From a virus (Duplodnaviria; Heunggongvirae; Uroviricota; Caudoviricetes), in IMG/VR virus record IMGVR_UViG_3300010162_000009: 64,000 bases of DNA; one strand, given 5' to 3'. The translations under genes were made by a program, and so were the position numbers. The notes under the pieces are model-generated. The model did not search any database. It saw only the letters and a program-made list of their open reading frames with translations, and was not told where the DNA came from. Shown here piece by piece: positions 8,230 through 18,368 of this stretch. Each line of letters starts with the position of its first letter. Positions within the stretch are counted from its first letter, which is position 1.

Positions 8230-8706
8230 TTATTCATTACATTTAATGTTCATTTTATCTCTTAGTTCTACACGATATTGTAGTATATCACCTTCTACAT
8301 TAAGTTCTGTCTTTACGGAGTGTGGACCATAACTATTTATATGATTATAATTATTAATCCTGATAAGTGCCATACGACCACTATTATCTAGACCAAAACG
8401 CCCATTTATATCAACACAGTCTCCACCAACTATCCCTTCTTCATTCGGTTCTATGTTAGTATCTATTTGTTGATTAATTGGTGATTGAAAATGTTCTCCA
8501 ATATATTCTGCATCAGCGCAATCAGGGGTTGAATGTGTATGACCACCACTTTTAGTTCCTCTACCACGCCCATCACCATCACCAATAGCGTTTGGGTGAT
8601 TAACGTCATACTCTTCATTATTTTTATATTCATTTTTTTTCAACAATGTTGGTCTATGTTCTAAAGCAATGTTTTCAAGACAAGTTTGACCATTAATTAG
8701 TGCCAT
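8230..8706 (-). CDS. Hypothetical protein, 158 aa.
   Basis: ORF track; ATAAATAG 30 bp upstream. Confidence 0.55.
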   Translation of the reverse strand: MALINGQTCLENIALEHRPTLLKKNEYKNNEEYDVNHPNAIGDGDGRGRGTKSGGHTHSTPDCADAEYIGEHFQSPINQQIDTNIEPNEEGIVGGDCVDINGRFGLDNSGRMALIRINNYNHINSYGPHSVKTELNVEGDILQYRVELRDKMNIKCNE

Positions 8707-8736
8707 GTTTGTATATTATTTTTCAATTATTTTATT

Positions 8737-8744
8737 ATAAATAG
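8737..8744 (-). promoter_or_regulatory. ATAAATAG promoter-like motif upstream of 8230-8706.
   Basis: Exact motif. Confidence 0.45.
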
Positions 8745-8769
8745 TATTTTTGTTGGAAAAATATGTTAT

Positions 8770-9141
8770 ATGGATTTTATTTTAAATAAAAGGTTGTCAA
8801 AATCTATTGAAGAGTATTGTAATACCAATAGTTTGGATATTAACGAATATCTCAATAATTTGATTGAGAAAGCACATTTTTCATTTGTATATGGTGAACA
8901 ACCATCTATTGTAAAACAACCAGCACCTGTTCCAGAACCATTGATAAAAACCCCTGTTCAAATACCGGAACCACCAAAACAAGAACCAATAGATGTTCCG
9001 GTGATAGAACAACCAATCCCAATCCCACAAACCCCACCAATGTCAATTCAAAACCCACCATCTAAAGATACAATGGTGCATACAAGGGGTATACAAGTTG
9101 TTCCGATTAGTAATAAACCTAAAATAAGAAGATTATCATGA
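8770..9141 (+). CDS. Pro-rich hypothetical protein, 123 aa.
   Basis: ORF track. Confidence 0.5.
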   Translation: MDFILNKRLSKSIEEYCNTNSLDINEYLNNLIEKAHFSFVYGEQPSIVKQPAPVPEPLIKTPVQIPEPPKQEPIDVPVIEQPIPIPQTPPMSIQNPPSKDTMVHTRGIQVVPISNKPKIRRLS

Positions 9142-9323
9142 TGAATTTAGAACTTGATTTAGGGGATCACTTACATAGTGAGATCCTTGAAAATGGAATA
9201 GAAGATGTTGGATTAGATGTTTACGAAAACGGTATCTGTCTAACCACAAGTGTTATTGTTTTGACTTTGACAGCAAATCAAGCATCAGAGTTGAAAACAT
9301 TATTAGATTTGTATAATTTTTAA
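9138..9323 (+). CDS. Hypothetical acidic protein, 61 aa.
   Basis: ORF track; ATGA overlap with the upstream gene. Confidence 0.35.
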   Translation: MMNLELDLGDHLHSEILENGIEDVGLDVYENGICLTTSVIVLTLTANQASELKTLLDLYNF

Positions 9324-9332
9324 AAAATAAAC

Positions 9333-9611
9333 ATGGAAAATCAAGAAGTACATTTCATTGGTGTGGTTAACATCAAAGGTTCAACCGCAGAAAAGTTGAA
9401 CATAGTTTATATGGCAGGTTATCAAAAAATGCCTGGTGCGTGGGAGTATTGGCAATTACATAACATGTTATCTCACGAAGAAAATTATAAGAATATCATG
9501 TGTGATATTATTTTGGTTCCATTTTCAGAGGCAACCTGTCGTACCGAAGAAGAAGTTCAAAGATTCCGTCAGATGAGGGAAGAAATGTTCAAAAAATCCT
9601 CCGAACAATGA
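9333..9611 (+). CDS. Hypothetical protein, 92 aa.
   Basis: ORF track. Confidence 0.45.
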   Translation: MENQEVHFIGVVNIKGSTAEKLNIVYMAGYQKMPGAWEYWQLHNMLSHEENYKNIMCDIILVPFSEATCRTEEEVQRFRQMREEMFKKSSEQ

Positions 9612-9799
9612 TAGCAATAAAAATATCACACTTGATATTATGTTTGTGGATGATTTTTACATTCGCATGTGTATTTTGGACAACAAATCTATCAAAACAC
9701 AAGGGAGATTATTCCTTTGGTCTTGAAAAAATTGTACCATTTCTATTATGGTTATTTGGGTCAATGTTTGCGCTAATCATTTGGTTAATTGTAAGATAA
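9608..9799 (+). CDS. Small membrane protein, 63 aa.
   Basis: Two hydrophobic segments; ATGA overlap. Confidence 0.35.
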   Translation: MIAIKISHLILCLWMIFTFACVFWTTNLSKHKGDYSFGLEKIVPFLLWLFGSMFALIIWLIVR

Positions 9800-10737
9800 T
9801 GGAAACAAAAAAAGAAGATAAGGTTATTACCCCTAAAAGAAAAGAAGGATATAGGGAATGTTCTGTATATAGCATTCCAGGCATAGGTTATAAACATTAT
9901 GAGAATATATCTACTTATATGGCGGTCAATAGCATCAAATACAAAAATATTGAAGGTATTTGTTTCGTTGGCGATGTTCACGGCGAATGGAAGACTCTTG
10001 GTTATAAAGCAGTCGAACAATATGGATTAGAAAATTATCTTATTATTCAACTCGGTGATTTTGGTATTGGATTTAATTCTGAAGAATATAATAAAATAGA
10101 ATTAAAGAAACTTAATAGTAAACTCAAAAAGAAAAATAATCAATTGGTTGCACTGCGCGGGAATCATGATGATAAATCCTATTTCACCCCCGAATATTCT
10201 AAATCATATTCCAACATAAATTTAGTACCTGATTATACTATTCTTGAAATAGAATATGAAAGGGATGTTCCGGATGATGGTATTCAAACAACTTCTGGGT
10301 ACATGAATATATTATGTATAGGTGGTGGATTAAGTATTGATAGAACTGAAAGGTGGAAATGGAAAATATCGAAACCCGGTAGAAATTACTATTGGGATGA
10401 TGAAATGCCGGTATATGACGAATTAAAGTTGAATGAAATTAATAAAGATTATCCGAATGATATTCATGTTGTAGCGACACACACCTCTCCGTCATTTACA
10501 TTTCCATTTACAAAAACGGGTATTCACCATTGGATGATGCGTGATATGCAACTGAGACATGATAGTGAAGTGGAAAGAGGGGCAATGGATAAAATTTTCC
10601 ATAAACTTAAAGAAAATCAAGAAAATTTATCCGAATGGTATTACGCACATTTTCATGCAACGCAAAGCATAACGATAGAAGATGTTTCTTTTCGATTGTT
10701 GGATATATATGAATTTAGATCTATCGTATTGAAATAA
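9799..10737 (+). CDS. Calcineurin-like metallophosphoesterase.
   Basis: Motifs GDVHGEW, GDFG and GNHDD. Start moved to the ATG at 9799 (METKKEDK), adjacent to the upstream stop. Confidence 0.7.
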   Translation: METKKEDKVITPKRKEGYRECSVYSIPGIGYKHYENISTYMAVNSIKYKNIEGICFVGDVHGEWKTLGYKAVEQYGLENYLIIQLGDFGIGFNSEEYNKIELKKLNSKLKKKNNQLVALRGNHDDKSYFTPEYSKSYSNINLVPDYTILEIEYERDVPDDGIQTTSGYMNILCIGGGLSIDRTERWKWKISKPGRNYYWDDEMPVYDELKLNEINKDYPNDIHVVATHTSPSFTFPFTKTGIHHWMMRDMQLRHDSEVERGAMDKIFHKLKENQENLSEWYYAHFHATQSITIEDVSFRLLDIYEFRSIVLK

Positions 10738-10907
10738 TGAGTGATGAAACAAATATGGTCAGTTTTATTGTTGGGAGTAGCACTTCTATTCACACCAGGA
10801 GCATTGTTTTTGATTATTGCTTTTCTTGGTTACGTAATGTTTACAAAAAAACGAAAATTGATTGTATATTTTAGATTATTAAAAATTAAATTTAACACAT
10901 TAAAAAA

Positions 10908-11537
10908 ATGACTGTTTACGAAAAATATTTAGCGTTGAAAGACATTATAAATATAGGTGCAATAAAAATTTCACCAAAGGAGAAAATTTTCAAATTTACA
11001 TCCGGAATATCATCTCCAATATATTTTGATAATCGTTTAACATTATCATATGATGATATTCGTAGAAAAATAACTAATGGTTATTTGGAAATAATCATCA
11101 AAAATTTTATAGATGTCGAGGTGATTGCTGGTGTAGCAACCGGTGCAATTTCACAGGGAACTCTTGTTGCTGATAGACTTGGATTACCGTTTGTGTATGT
11201 ACGAAGCGGTGCAAAAGAACATGCTACCAAAAAACTTGTTGAAGGAAAAATCAAAGAAAATCAAAAAGTTGTTGTTATCGAAGATCTTATTTCAACCGGT
11301 GGTAGTTCTATAAAAGCGGTAGAAGCGTTGAGAGATGAAGGTGCAGATGTTTTGGGAGTAATCGCCGCATTTTCATATGATTTTAAAGTATCAGAAGATA
11401 TATTTGAAAAATCACAGTGTAAATTATATTCATTATTTAATTTTGAAGATTTAGTATTTGCTGTGTTGGAAGAAAAGTATATCGAAGAATCTGATGTTGA
11501 AATTTTACATAACTGGAGGGATGATCAGAAAATTTAG
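10908..11537 (+). CDS. pyrE: Orotate phosphoribosyltransferase.
   Basis: PRPP-binding motif VVVIEDLISTGGS and overall OPRT-like sequence (FTSGISSPIYFDNR). Confidence 0.85.
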   Translation: MTVYEKYLALKDIINIGAIKISPKEKIFKFTSGISSPIYFDNRLTLSYDDIRRKITNGYLEIIIKNFIDVEVIAGVATGAISQGTLVADRLGLPFVYVRSGAKEHATKKLVEGKIKENQKVVVIEDLISTGGSSIKAVEALRDEGADVLGVIAAFSYDFKVSEDIFEKSQCKLYSLFNFEDLVFAVLEEKYIEESDVEILHNWRDDQKI

Positions 11538-11570
11538 TTGATATTTTATTAAACCTAATATTTTATTAAA

Positions 11571-11909
11571 ATGGAAGAAATAATAAATTTTTTAGGATTT
11601 GGTGGTAGAGGCACTGAGTATGTTTTATCTAAAAATGTAACCAAAGAGATCCCACCTTTATTTATCAACAATGATAACAAGTTTGTTTTTTCTGTAACAA
11701 GAATGTGTAATAAATACACCGGAATGTTACATAATGACAATGTTGTTCCGATTAAAATAACCGATGAAACAGGAAATCAAGTATATGATACAAAAGATAC
11801 TCTGTTATCAGATGGTATAAATTTCTATAAAAGGATTCTTCAACCAACCGGATGGGAATTAATTCCAGAACTTATATTATACACACCAAAAACAAAAAAA
11901 CATGAGTAA
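11571..11909 (+). CDS. Hypothetical protein, 112 aa.
   Basis: ORF track. Confidence 0.45.
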   Translation: MEEIINFLGFGGRGTEYVLSKNVTKEIPPLFINNDNKFVFSVTRMCNKYTGMLHNDNVVPIKITDETGNQVYDTKDTLLSDGINFYKRILQPTGWELIPELILYTPKTKKHE

Positions 11910-12177
11910 TAACTGGTATAAAATAGTAGTTTGTGAAAACAAAAAGTGTGGTGCGCCGATAAACCAAAAACACAAAAATGATCGTAATAACAACAATCGA
12001 AAAAATTAGTTTGTTTTGGTCACTAATATTAGGTAACACAATATGGGTGATACTAATGTATTTAACATCCAAACAAACCCCAAAACACGAACAATATAGC
12101 GGATGTGCGCTTCATATGCTCATTTGTGCAATTGGAGCATTCATCCTATCATTAGGAATAATATATTTAAAAACAAG

Positions 12178-12453
12178 ATGAAAAGAATAATTTTTTTAAT
12201 AACATTTTTACTGATAGTTGGATTGAATTCTTGTTGTGATAATAACAATAAAAAACAATCTTCTAATACAAAACAATCATCTAAAAAGGAGGTTGTATAT
12301 AGAGGACATAGGTGGGATATAGTAAAAATATCTGAAAATATCTATGTTATTGCACCTGGTGGTAACGCAAGAAGAGGGGATCTACCCATAGTTGTTGATG
12401 TTAATCTTCCTGGTGGGGTTGAAACAATTAATAAAGCAATGAAAAATGAGTGA
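12178..12453 (+). CDS. Putative lipoprotein (MKRIIFLITFLLIVGLNSC lipobox).
   Basis: Start trimmed to the signal-peptide Met; lipobox L-N-S-C. Confidence 0.5.
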   Translation: MKRIIFLITFLLIVGLNSCCDNNNKKQSSNTKQSSKKEVVYRGHRWDIVKISENIYVIAPGGNARRGDLPIVVDVNLPGGVETINKAMKNE

Positions 12454-12628
12454 CAAAGAAATAATATTTTGGATATTAGTTGTAATAATAGGTGGAGGAA
12501 TATTATTAATATCAGGGATATATCATTATCATGCTGAGAAAGATAATCCTCTTGGCATTAATAAAAAAGTTAAAGAAGTTGAAAGTATTGAGGAGTGTAA
12601 TGAATATATTGATAATTTAACCCTTTAA
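12446..12628 (+). CDS. Small membrane protein, 60 aa.
   Basis: ORF track; one TM segment. Confidence 0.3.
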   Translation: MSDKEIIFWILVVIIGGGILLISGIYHYHAEKDNPLGINKKVKEVESIEECNEYIDNLTL

Positions 12629-12639
12629 TCTTTAATAAA

Positions 12640-12984
12640 ATGGAAACGATAGTAAATTTGACACCAGGAAAACTTGTAGAGGAATTTTTACCAAATTGCG
12701 AAGGTAAATGGAAGGATCACATGCACTTTGAACATGATTGTGAGTATGATGATTTAGAGTTTACCGGATTACGAGAAGAAGATGATTTAGATTTTATTCA
12801 AATTCATTTTCAAGAATCACTACAAATCTTTGTAGATAGCATCTGTAAAATACAAAGAAAAAATTGTGCCACCAATGTTGTAGAGTGGGATATAAGAAAG
12901 GAGATTTTAAATGCTCCACAACCAAGTGTTGACACATTTTTTATCGGACGTAAACCTATAAAAATGGCAACATGTAAAAAATAG
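12640..12984 (+). CDS. Hypothetical protein, 114 aa.
   Basis: ORF track. Confidence 0.5.
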   Translation: METIVNLTPGKLVEEFLPNCEGKWKDHMHFEHDCEYDDLEFTGLREEDDLDFIQIHFQESLQIFVDSICKIQRKNCATNVVEWDIRKEILNAPQPSVDTFFIGRKPIKMATCKK

Positions 12985-13006
12985 TAAACAAAAATTTTTT
13001 AATAAT

Positions 13007-14053
13007 ATGTTATATAGAATTTTAAAACCATTATTTTTCAAATTTGACCCAGAAACCATGCACAGTTTTGTTGGTGGTTTAATGCGGTTTGCTTACTGTG
13101 TCCCACCTCTTCGGTGGTTGATACGTAAAATGTATTGTATAGAACACCCTAATTTGGTTAGGAGGTTTTGTGGAATGAAATTTTCAAATCCGGTTGGATT
13201 ATCTGCTGGATTTGATAAGAACGGAACGTTGTTCAGAGCATTTTCTATGCTCGGTTTTTCCTTTGTTGAGGTTGGAACGGTAACACCAAAAGGACAAGTT
13301 GGTAATCCCAGACCAAGGATATTTCGGATAGTAGAAGACGAAGCGTTAATCAATCGAATGGGGTTCAATAACGATGGGGTTTATGCTGCCGTTAAAAAAC
13401 TAAAAGGTAAAAGACCAAAAAATTTAATTGTTGGTGGTAATATCGGTAAAAATACCCTTACACCAAACGAACATGCCACCGATGATTATGTAAAATGTTT
13501 CCGTGAATTATATGAGTACGTAGATTATTTCACGGTAAATGTAAGTTGCCCAAATGTTGTAAATCTTAGTTCATTACAAAATATCAACTCGTTGAAGGAA
13601 ATATTAGACGAACTATATAATCTACGAAGATTTTTTATAGAAAATTATAAATGGGAACATAAACCAATTCTTCTTAAAATCTCCCCTGATATTTCAAAAG
13701 AACATTTAAATGATATTTTGGTACTTGCAAAAGAAATCGAATTAGAGGGTATTGTTGCAGCAAACACTACCACTACAAGAGATAATTTATCAGAAGATGT
13801 TTCACATATTGGTAATGGTGGATTAAGCGGAAAACCATTAACATCAAAAACGCTTGAAACCGTCAGATACATTACCAAACAAACTGGTGGACAAATGCCT
13901 ATAATAGCGGTTGGTGGTATTATAACACCGGAAGATGCTATACTTTTATTACTAGCTGGGGCAACGCTTGTACAAGTATACACAGGATTAATATATAGTG
14001 GTCCAGGTTTGGTTAAGGAGATAAATAAATGTATCTTGGATACACCTTTTTAA
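13007..14053 (+). CDS. pyrD: Dihydroorotate dehydrogenase (quinone-type, class 2-like).
   Basis: Motifs GLSAGFDKNG, NVSCPN and GGI. N-terminal extension typical of the membrane-associated class. Confidence 0.85.
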   Translation: MLYRILKPLFFKFDPETMHSFVGGLMRFAYCVPPLRWLIRKMYCIEHPNLVRRFCGMKFSNPVGLSAGFDKNGTLFRAFSMLGFSFVEVGTVTPKGQVGNPRPRIFRIVEDEALINRMGFNNDGVYAAVKKLKGKRPKNLIVGGNIGKNTLTPNEHATDDYVKCFRELYEYVDYFTVNVSCPNVVNLSSLQNINSLKEILDELYNLRRFFIENYKWEHKPILLKISPDISKEHLNDILVLAKEIELEGIVAANTTTTRDNLSEDVSHIGNGGLSGKPLTSKTLETVRYITKQTGGQMPIIAVGGIITPEDAILLLLAGATLVQVYTGLIYSGPGLVKEINKCILDTPF

Positions 14054-14063
14054 TGATATAAAA

Positions 14064-14294
14064 ATGAAACATAAAAATATTTCAGAACAAACCGAACATT
14101 ATACAAAAGTATATTCACAATGTGGTTATGTTTTTATTTGTAATTCTAAAATGAACGAAAAAAGTGTTTTAGACCGTAAGACCGCACAGATTTCTATAGA
14201 AGATAATGAAGGAAACACAGCACATTATCTTAATTTAACCGATGATGCTATTGATGCACTAATCATGGCACTTAAAAACGCAAAAACAAAATAA
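14064..14294 (+). CDS. Hypothetical protein, 76 aa.
   Basis: ORF track. Confidence 0.4.
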   Translation: MKHKNISEQTEHYTKVYSQCGYVFICNSKMNEKSVLDRKTAQISIEDNEGNTAHYLNLTDDAIDALIMALKNAKTK

Positions 14295-14296
14295 AC

Positions 14297-14824
14297 ATGT
14301 ATAAAAAAGTAAGAGAAGGGGTTTTTGAAACCAATAGTAGTAGTGTTCACAGTATAACGGTAAGAACAAAATGTGGTTTAGAACGTCAATTAGTGGATGG
14401 GCATAACATTTTATATCCTGAAGTATTTTATAATAGGGATGTTGAAGTTAATGACATTGATACGTATGGTTATACCGAATGTAGACAATGGTCTGCTTAT
14501 ACGTTTGACGAAAAGGCGGCGTTGCTTATGTTATATCTGAATTATACCCGCATATGTATGGAATCCTTTGATAAGGTTAAGGTTGAAATGTCAATCGAAT
14601 ACGTATCAAAACAATTACCATACAAAAATATTATTTTAGGAAGAGAGTGTATAGACTATTTTTCCGACATGGGACAATTAGATTTTGACTTTTATATGCT
14701 TTCCGCTTCTCCTGAAACAACATTTGACGAAGTTAAAGAAGAATTACTTGATAGATTTCTTAATGTTATTAAGGATGATAGTAAATATATTATTGTAGTT
14801 CAATCAAAAAACAAATACGCATGA
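14297..14824 (+). CDS. FETNSSS-H family protein (paralog 1), 175 aa.
   Basis: N-terminal REGVFETNSSSVHS motif plus a shared central LYLNY motif; related to 14821-15351 and 31066-31404. Confidence 0.55.
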   Translation: MYKKVREGVFETNSSSVHSITVRTKCGLERQLVDGHNILYPEVFYNRDVEVNDIDTYGYTECRQWSAYTFDEKAALLMLYLNYTRICMESFDKVKVEMSIEYVSKQLPYKNIILGRECIDYFSDMGQLDFDFYMLSASPETTFDEVKEELLDRFLNVIKDDSKYIIVVQSKNKYA

Positions 14825-15351
14825 AAAAAGTAGAAAGAGAAGGGGTTTTTGAAACCAATAGCAGTAGTGTTCATACACTAACTGTAAGTGAAAGACAAAA
14901 AGAAGAGTATCGTAGATTTGTCAAAGATGATATTTTATATCCTGATGAATTTTATAAAACTTACGTTAAGTATGGTGAGTTTGACGATATACAAGAAGGG
15001 AAGTTGTGGGAAGCAACAACATTTGATGAAAAGGCGTGTCTTTTGTTTCTATATCTAAATTACGGTAGGTTGGAAATTATTACCGCTCAAACCGAATATA
15101 CACAATGCGATGGGAGATTAGTTTTTGTTGCTATTAACATGGCAAAAAACCTACTTCCTTACAAAGATGTTTGTTTCGGAGTAGAATCTATATCACCACT
15201 TGTAGACAGAGGTGATGTAGCAATAGATCTTACAGGTTTATTACTTTATCCTGGTGAAGATACACCAAATTACAAGAAAGCAATCGAAGATTTTGTTCAT
15301 ACTATCAATAATAATAATCTTATTATAAGAGTTGTAACCGGTAAAAACTGA
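14821..15351 (+). CDS. FETNSSS-H family protein (paralog 2), 176 aa.
   Basis: Tandem duplicate of the upstream gene with ATGA overlap. Confidence 0.55.
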   Translation: MKKVEREGVFETNSSSVHTLTVSERQKEEYRRFVKDDILYPDEFYKTYVKYGEFDDIQEGKLWEATTFDEKACLLFLYLNYGRLEIITAQTEYTQCDGRLVFVAINMAKNLLPYKDVCFGVESISPLVDRGDVAIDLTGLLLYPGEDTPNYKKAIEDFVHTINNNNLIIRVVTGKN

Positions 15352-15355
15352 TGTC

Positions 15356-15535
15356 ATGAAGGGGTGGTGGGGTCGAATGCTATGTATTCACGATTATGAA
15401 ATACTGGAAGAGTGGAATAATGCGGCAAGATATAGCGGTGGTTCAAATATCCCTTATAAACGTTGGTTTTGGGCAAGATTTAGGTGTAAAAAATGTGGAA
15501 ATTATATAATATATAAATTGTTAAAACCGAAATGA
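15356..15535 (+). CDS. Small Cys-containing protein (~59 aa, ...RCKKCGNYII...).
   Basis: Manual ORF; ATGA overlap with the next gene. Confidence 0.25.
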   Translation: MKGWWGRMLCIHDYEILEEWNNAARYSGGSNIPYKRWFWARFRCKKCGNYIIYKLLKPK

Positions 15536-15804
15536 AAGTAAATTTTAAAGAATGTTTCAAGAGTATGAGAGCATGGTGTTTCTATGTAGGATTATCCATT
15601 GGGTTTCTAATTGGATTAACATTATTGAACCTGTACGGACAATATTTCAATAAACCAGTTTTAAAAATGTTGGAACACTTTGGTCTATCATACCAATACA
15701 TAATATTATTCATAATAATATTCATAATAGTAGCAGCATCATGGTATTTGTACATTTACAAACACAAACATGGTCATTTGAAATTATTTAAATTCACCAA
15801 CTGA
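15532..15804 (+). CDS. Small membrane protein, 90 aa.
   Basis: Two TM segments. Confidence 0.4.
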   Translation: MKVNFKECFKSMRAWCFYVGLSIGFLIGLTLLNLYGQYFNKPVLKMLEHFGLSYQYIILFIIIFIIVAASWYLYIYKHKHGHLKLFKFTN

Positions 15805-16262
15805 TGGGAAAACTCATAATATTTTTCACAACATTCACAATAATATTAACTGCATGTTTTAGGTTATTTAATATGCAGATAATATTTTCGGATATGTGGA
15901 TAGTAACACAGATAGTAGGGATATACCTGACTTTATCCTCTTTTTATTTTATATCTGCGTTTTGTTATAGATACATAGTAGAAACAGGAACTAAAGAATA
16001 TATAGGTTTCAGGTTATGGTTTATTTTTGGTATTCTATCAGGATTAATACCAATAGGTGGATTGTTTGTGGGAATAATAACATGGATAATTATAGGTGTC
16101 AACCTATTGTGTGAAGACTGGGGAAGTGAAAAATCAGGGTTTAGATTAGAACCGTTTTACAAATTCTATAAATTCATTAACATAAAGATAACTTCGGATA
16201 TGATCAGAAATTTTTTTAAAAATTTTATTAACCTTAAATTAATAAAAGTCAAAGTCAAATGA
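15804..16262 (+). CDS. Membrane protein, 152 aa (four TM segments).
   Basis: Hydrophobicity pattern. Confidence 0.45.
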   Translation: MGKLIIFFTTFTIILTACFRLFNMQIIFSDMWIVTQIVGIYLTLSSFYFISAFCYRYIVETGTKEYIGFRLWFIFGILSGLIPIGGLFVGIITWIIIGVNLLCEDWGSEKSGFRLEPFYKFYKFINIKITSDMIRNFFKNFINLKLIKVKVK

Positions 16263-16552
16263 AAGCAGAAGATTATTTTGGAAATGAAAGGATACAAATA
16301 TTTTTAAAAAAGTATTTGGATGATGATATACTTAGATTTGAAAGAGGTGATACTGATTATAACAAAATCTATGACATCTATTTCAAATCAGATGACATCG
16401 TAAAAGATCGTCTTGAATTAACAAATTCAATATTTTGTGTTATTTTTTGGAATGATATTCATCCTATCATTTGTAATGATAGATTTTTTGATTTTGGAAG
16501 AAAAGAAAGCGTTTTTTATGTTAAAGAAAATTTTAAATTTAAAAGGAAATGA
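16259..16552 (+). CDS. Hypothetical protein, 97 aa.
   Basis: ORF track; overlapping starts. Confidence 0.4.
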   Translation: MKAEDYFGNERIQIFLKKYLDDDILRFERGDTDYNKIYDIYFKSDDIVKDRLELTNSIFCVIFWNDIHPIICNDRFFDFGRKESVFYVKENFKFKRK

Positions 16553-17010
16553 ATAGAAAATTGTATTTGATTGTAACCTTTGATGAGAGTAAGTGGGGTG
16601 ATTACGCAGATGTTCACCCACAACTTTTACTTGAAGATTCCGGATTACTTGACGGTATCAAAGACGGTGTTTCTGCTAAAATTCTTGAAAGGGATGAAGA
16701 TGAAGAAGAAACGTGGAACAGAATTAAAGCGGAAAAATTAAACACCTTCATTATGGATAATGATATTAAATGTTATGTTATATCATTAGCATTAGATGAA
16801 GAAGATGTTAAACTTCCAATTAAAGAATTTGAAGAAATAGATAAAGTAGCAGGTGTTTATACCGCATTCTCGGAAGAAGAAACGCTTATGTACCACTATC
16901 TCACAGAAGAAGAAATCGTTGTTGAAGTATCAGAAGAATTTGAACCAATAACATTTTCGGATTTATTGGAAATGTTTGAAGAAGATTGTCAAAAAAATTT
17001 AAGAATATGA
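16549..17010 (+). CDS. Acidic hypothetical protein, 153 aa.
   Basis: ORF track. Confidence 0.5.
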   Translation: MNRKLYLIVTFDESKWGDYADVHPQLLLEDSGLLDGIKDGVSAKILERDEDEEETWNRIKAEKLNTFIMDNDIKCYVISLALDEEDVKLPIKEFEEIDKVAGVYTAFSEEETLMYHYLTEEEIVVEVSEEFEPITFSDLLEMFEEDCQKNLRI

Positions 17011-17354
17011 ATAGAACAATAATCTTATTACAAATAGAGGAAGATGGTAGGATATTACATCCAAGAGATTTTCCCAAAGATTGTGGTGATGTTTCACCAA
17101 TTTATATATATAAGGTGCGCTTATTAACTGAAGATGCCTCACCTTTTGGACCGTGTATTTACGAATATGAAAATGAAGATGGTGGATTATTATACACAAC
17201 TTCGTTATATGAAATAAATGGTCAGTTCAAAAATAGATATCTCATTCTGAAAACAAACAGTAATGATTATTCAGATGATTTATTATTTTCTTCTATGGAG
17301 GAAATGCAAGATGAACTTTTGAAATTGAATGTGGAGTGTTTTCCAGAAGACTAA
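16986..17354 (+). CDS. Hypothetical protein, 122 aa.
   Basis: ORF track. Confidence 0.45.
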   Translation: MSKKFKNMNRTIILLQIEEDGRILHPRDFPKDCGDVSPIYIYKVRLLTEDASPFGPCIYEYENEDGGLLYTTSLYEINGQFKNRYLILKTNSNDYSDDLLFSSMEEMQDELLKLNVECFPED

Positions 17355-17360
17355 TCCAAC

Positions 17361-18347
17361 ATGTACACTCGCCTTGAAAGAATATTTGAAAAATTTTTAG
17401 GTGATACAAAGAGTGGTGTCAGCGAGTCTGGTCAGGCTCAGTTTCCGTGTGTATTCTGTTCTAGTGGTAAACCGAACTTGGAAGTAAATTTTCCAAAAGG
17501 GTTATATAATTCGTGGTGTTGCCCTGAAAACTCGGGGAGGTTATCTTACCTCATAAAACAATTTGGAGGCGAACAAATACTAAAAGAATACTACCAGGAG
17601 ATACAAAACATAAGAGAAAGTCGTTTATATAAACTGGATTTCAATGATGATTGTTTTGAAAAACCAGAAGTTGTTATACCGAAATGTTGTGTACCTATAA
17701 ACAAAAATTTACAACAACACAAAGAAGCATACCAATATCTTATTGATAGAGGATTAAATGATAATGATATTAAAAAGAATAATATATATTGCACTACAAA
17801 TACATGTGATAAATGTACTTCAAACTGCAAGTACAAACATATTATTCGTAATCGCATTATCTTCACTAATTGGAGTTTCGGTAATTTAGACTATTGGATT
17901 GGTAGATTGTATAAACCAAACAAATATCAAACAAAATATCTCCTACCATTAAATTCAAATAAACGTGAAATAATATGGGGATATAATAATACCCAGTTTG
18001 ACGGAGAAGTTAGACTGGTAGAGGGTGTTTTAGATTCAATTCCACTACCATCAAATGGTATTCCGATATTAGGTAAGAAATTAAATTCAGATTTTCGTTT
18101 ATTTAACGTTTTAGTTGAAAAAGCGAATAGCGTATTACTTATACCAGACTATGAGGAAAAGGCGTATGAGGATTGGACAAGGATTTATCATGACTTGAAT
18201 GTGGGTAGATTAAAAGGTAGAGTAAGAATAGTGGATTGGTCAAAATTATCAATCAAACCGGAAGAGTGTAATGATATTTCTGCTCTATATAAATTAATGG
18301 GTAAAATGGGTGTGATAAATCTTTTGAAAACCGGATATTCATTGTAA
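17361..18347 (+). CDS. Zinc-ribbon protein with a possible TOPRIM-like E-G-x-x-D motif; candidate DNA primase, weak call.
   Basis: FPCVFCSSG...WCCPENSG Cys cluster; LVEGVLDSIPLP later on. No full motif set verified. Confidence 0.3.
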   Translation: MYTRLERIFEKFLGDTKSGVSESGQAQFPCVFCSSGKPNLEVNFPKGLYNSWCCPENSGRLSYLIKQFGGEQILKEYYQEIQNIRESRLYKLDFNDDCFEKPEVVIPKCCVPINKNLQQHKEAYQYLIDRGLNDNDIKKNNIYCTTNTCDKCTSNCKYKHIIRNRIIFTNWSFGNLDYWIGRLYKPNKYQTKYLLPLNSNKREIIWGYNNTQFDGEVRLVEGVLDSIPLPSNGIPILGKKLNSDFRLFNVLVEKANSVLLIPDYEEKAYEDWTRIYHDLNVGRLKGRVRIVDWSKLSIKPEECNDISALYKLMGKMGVINLLKTGYSL

Positions 18348-18368
18348 ATTTGTAAAAAAATCATTAAG

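Noticed and set aside
9799-10737. Mre11/SbcD (T4 gp47-like) nuclease call for the metallophosphoesterase.
   Set aside because: There is no adjacent Rad50/SbcC (gp46-like) ATPase. The motif set fits a generic calcineurin-like phosphoesterase equally well.
13093-13983. Minus-strand ORFs 13093-13368 and 13645-13983.
   Set aside because: They lie antisense within the well-supported pyrD gene.
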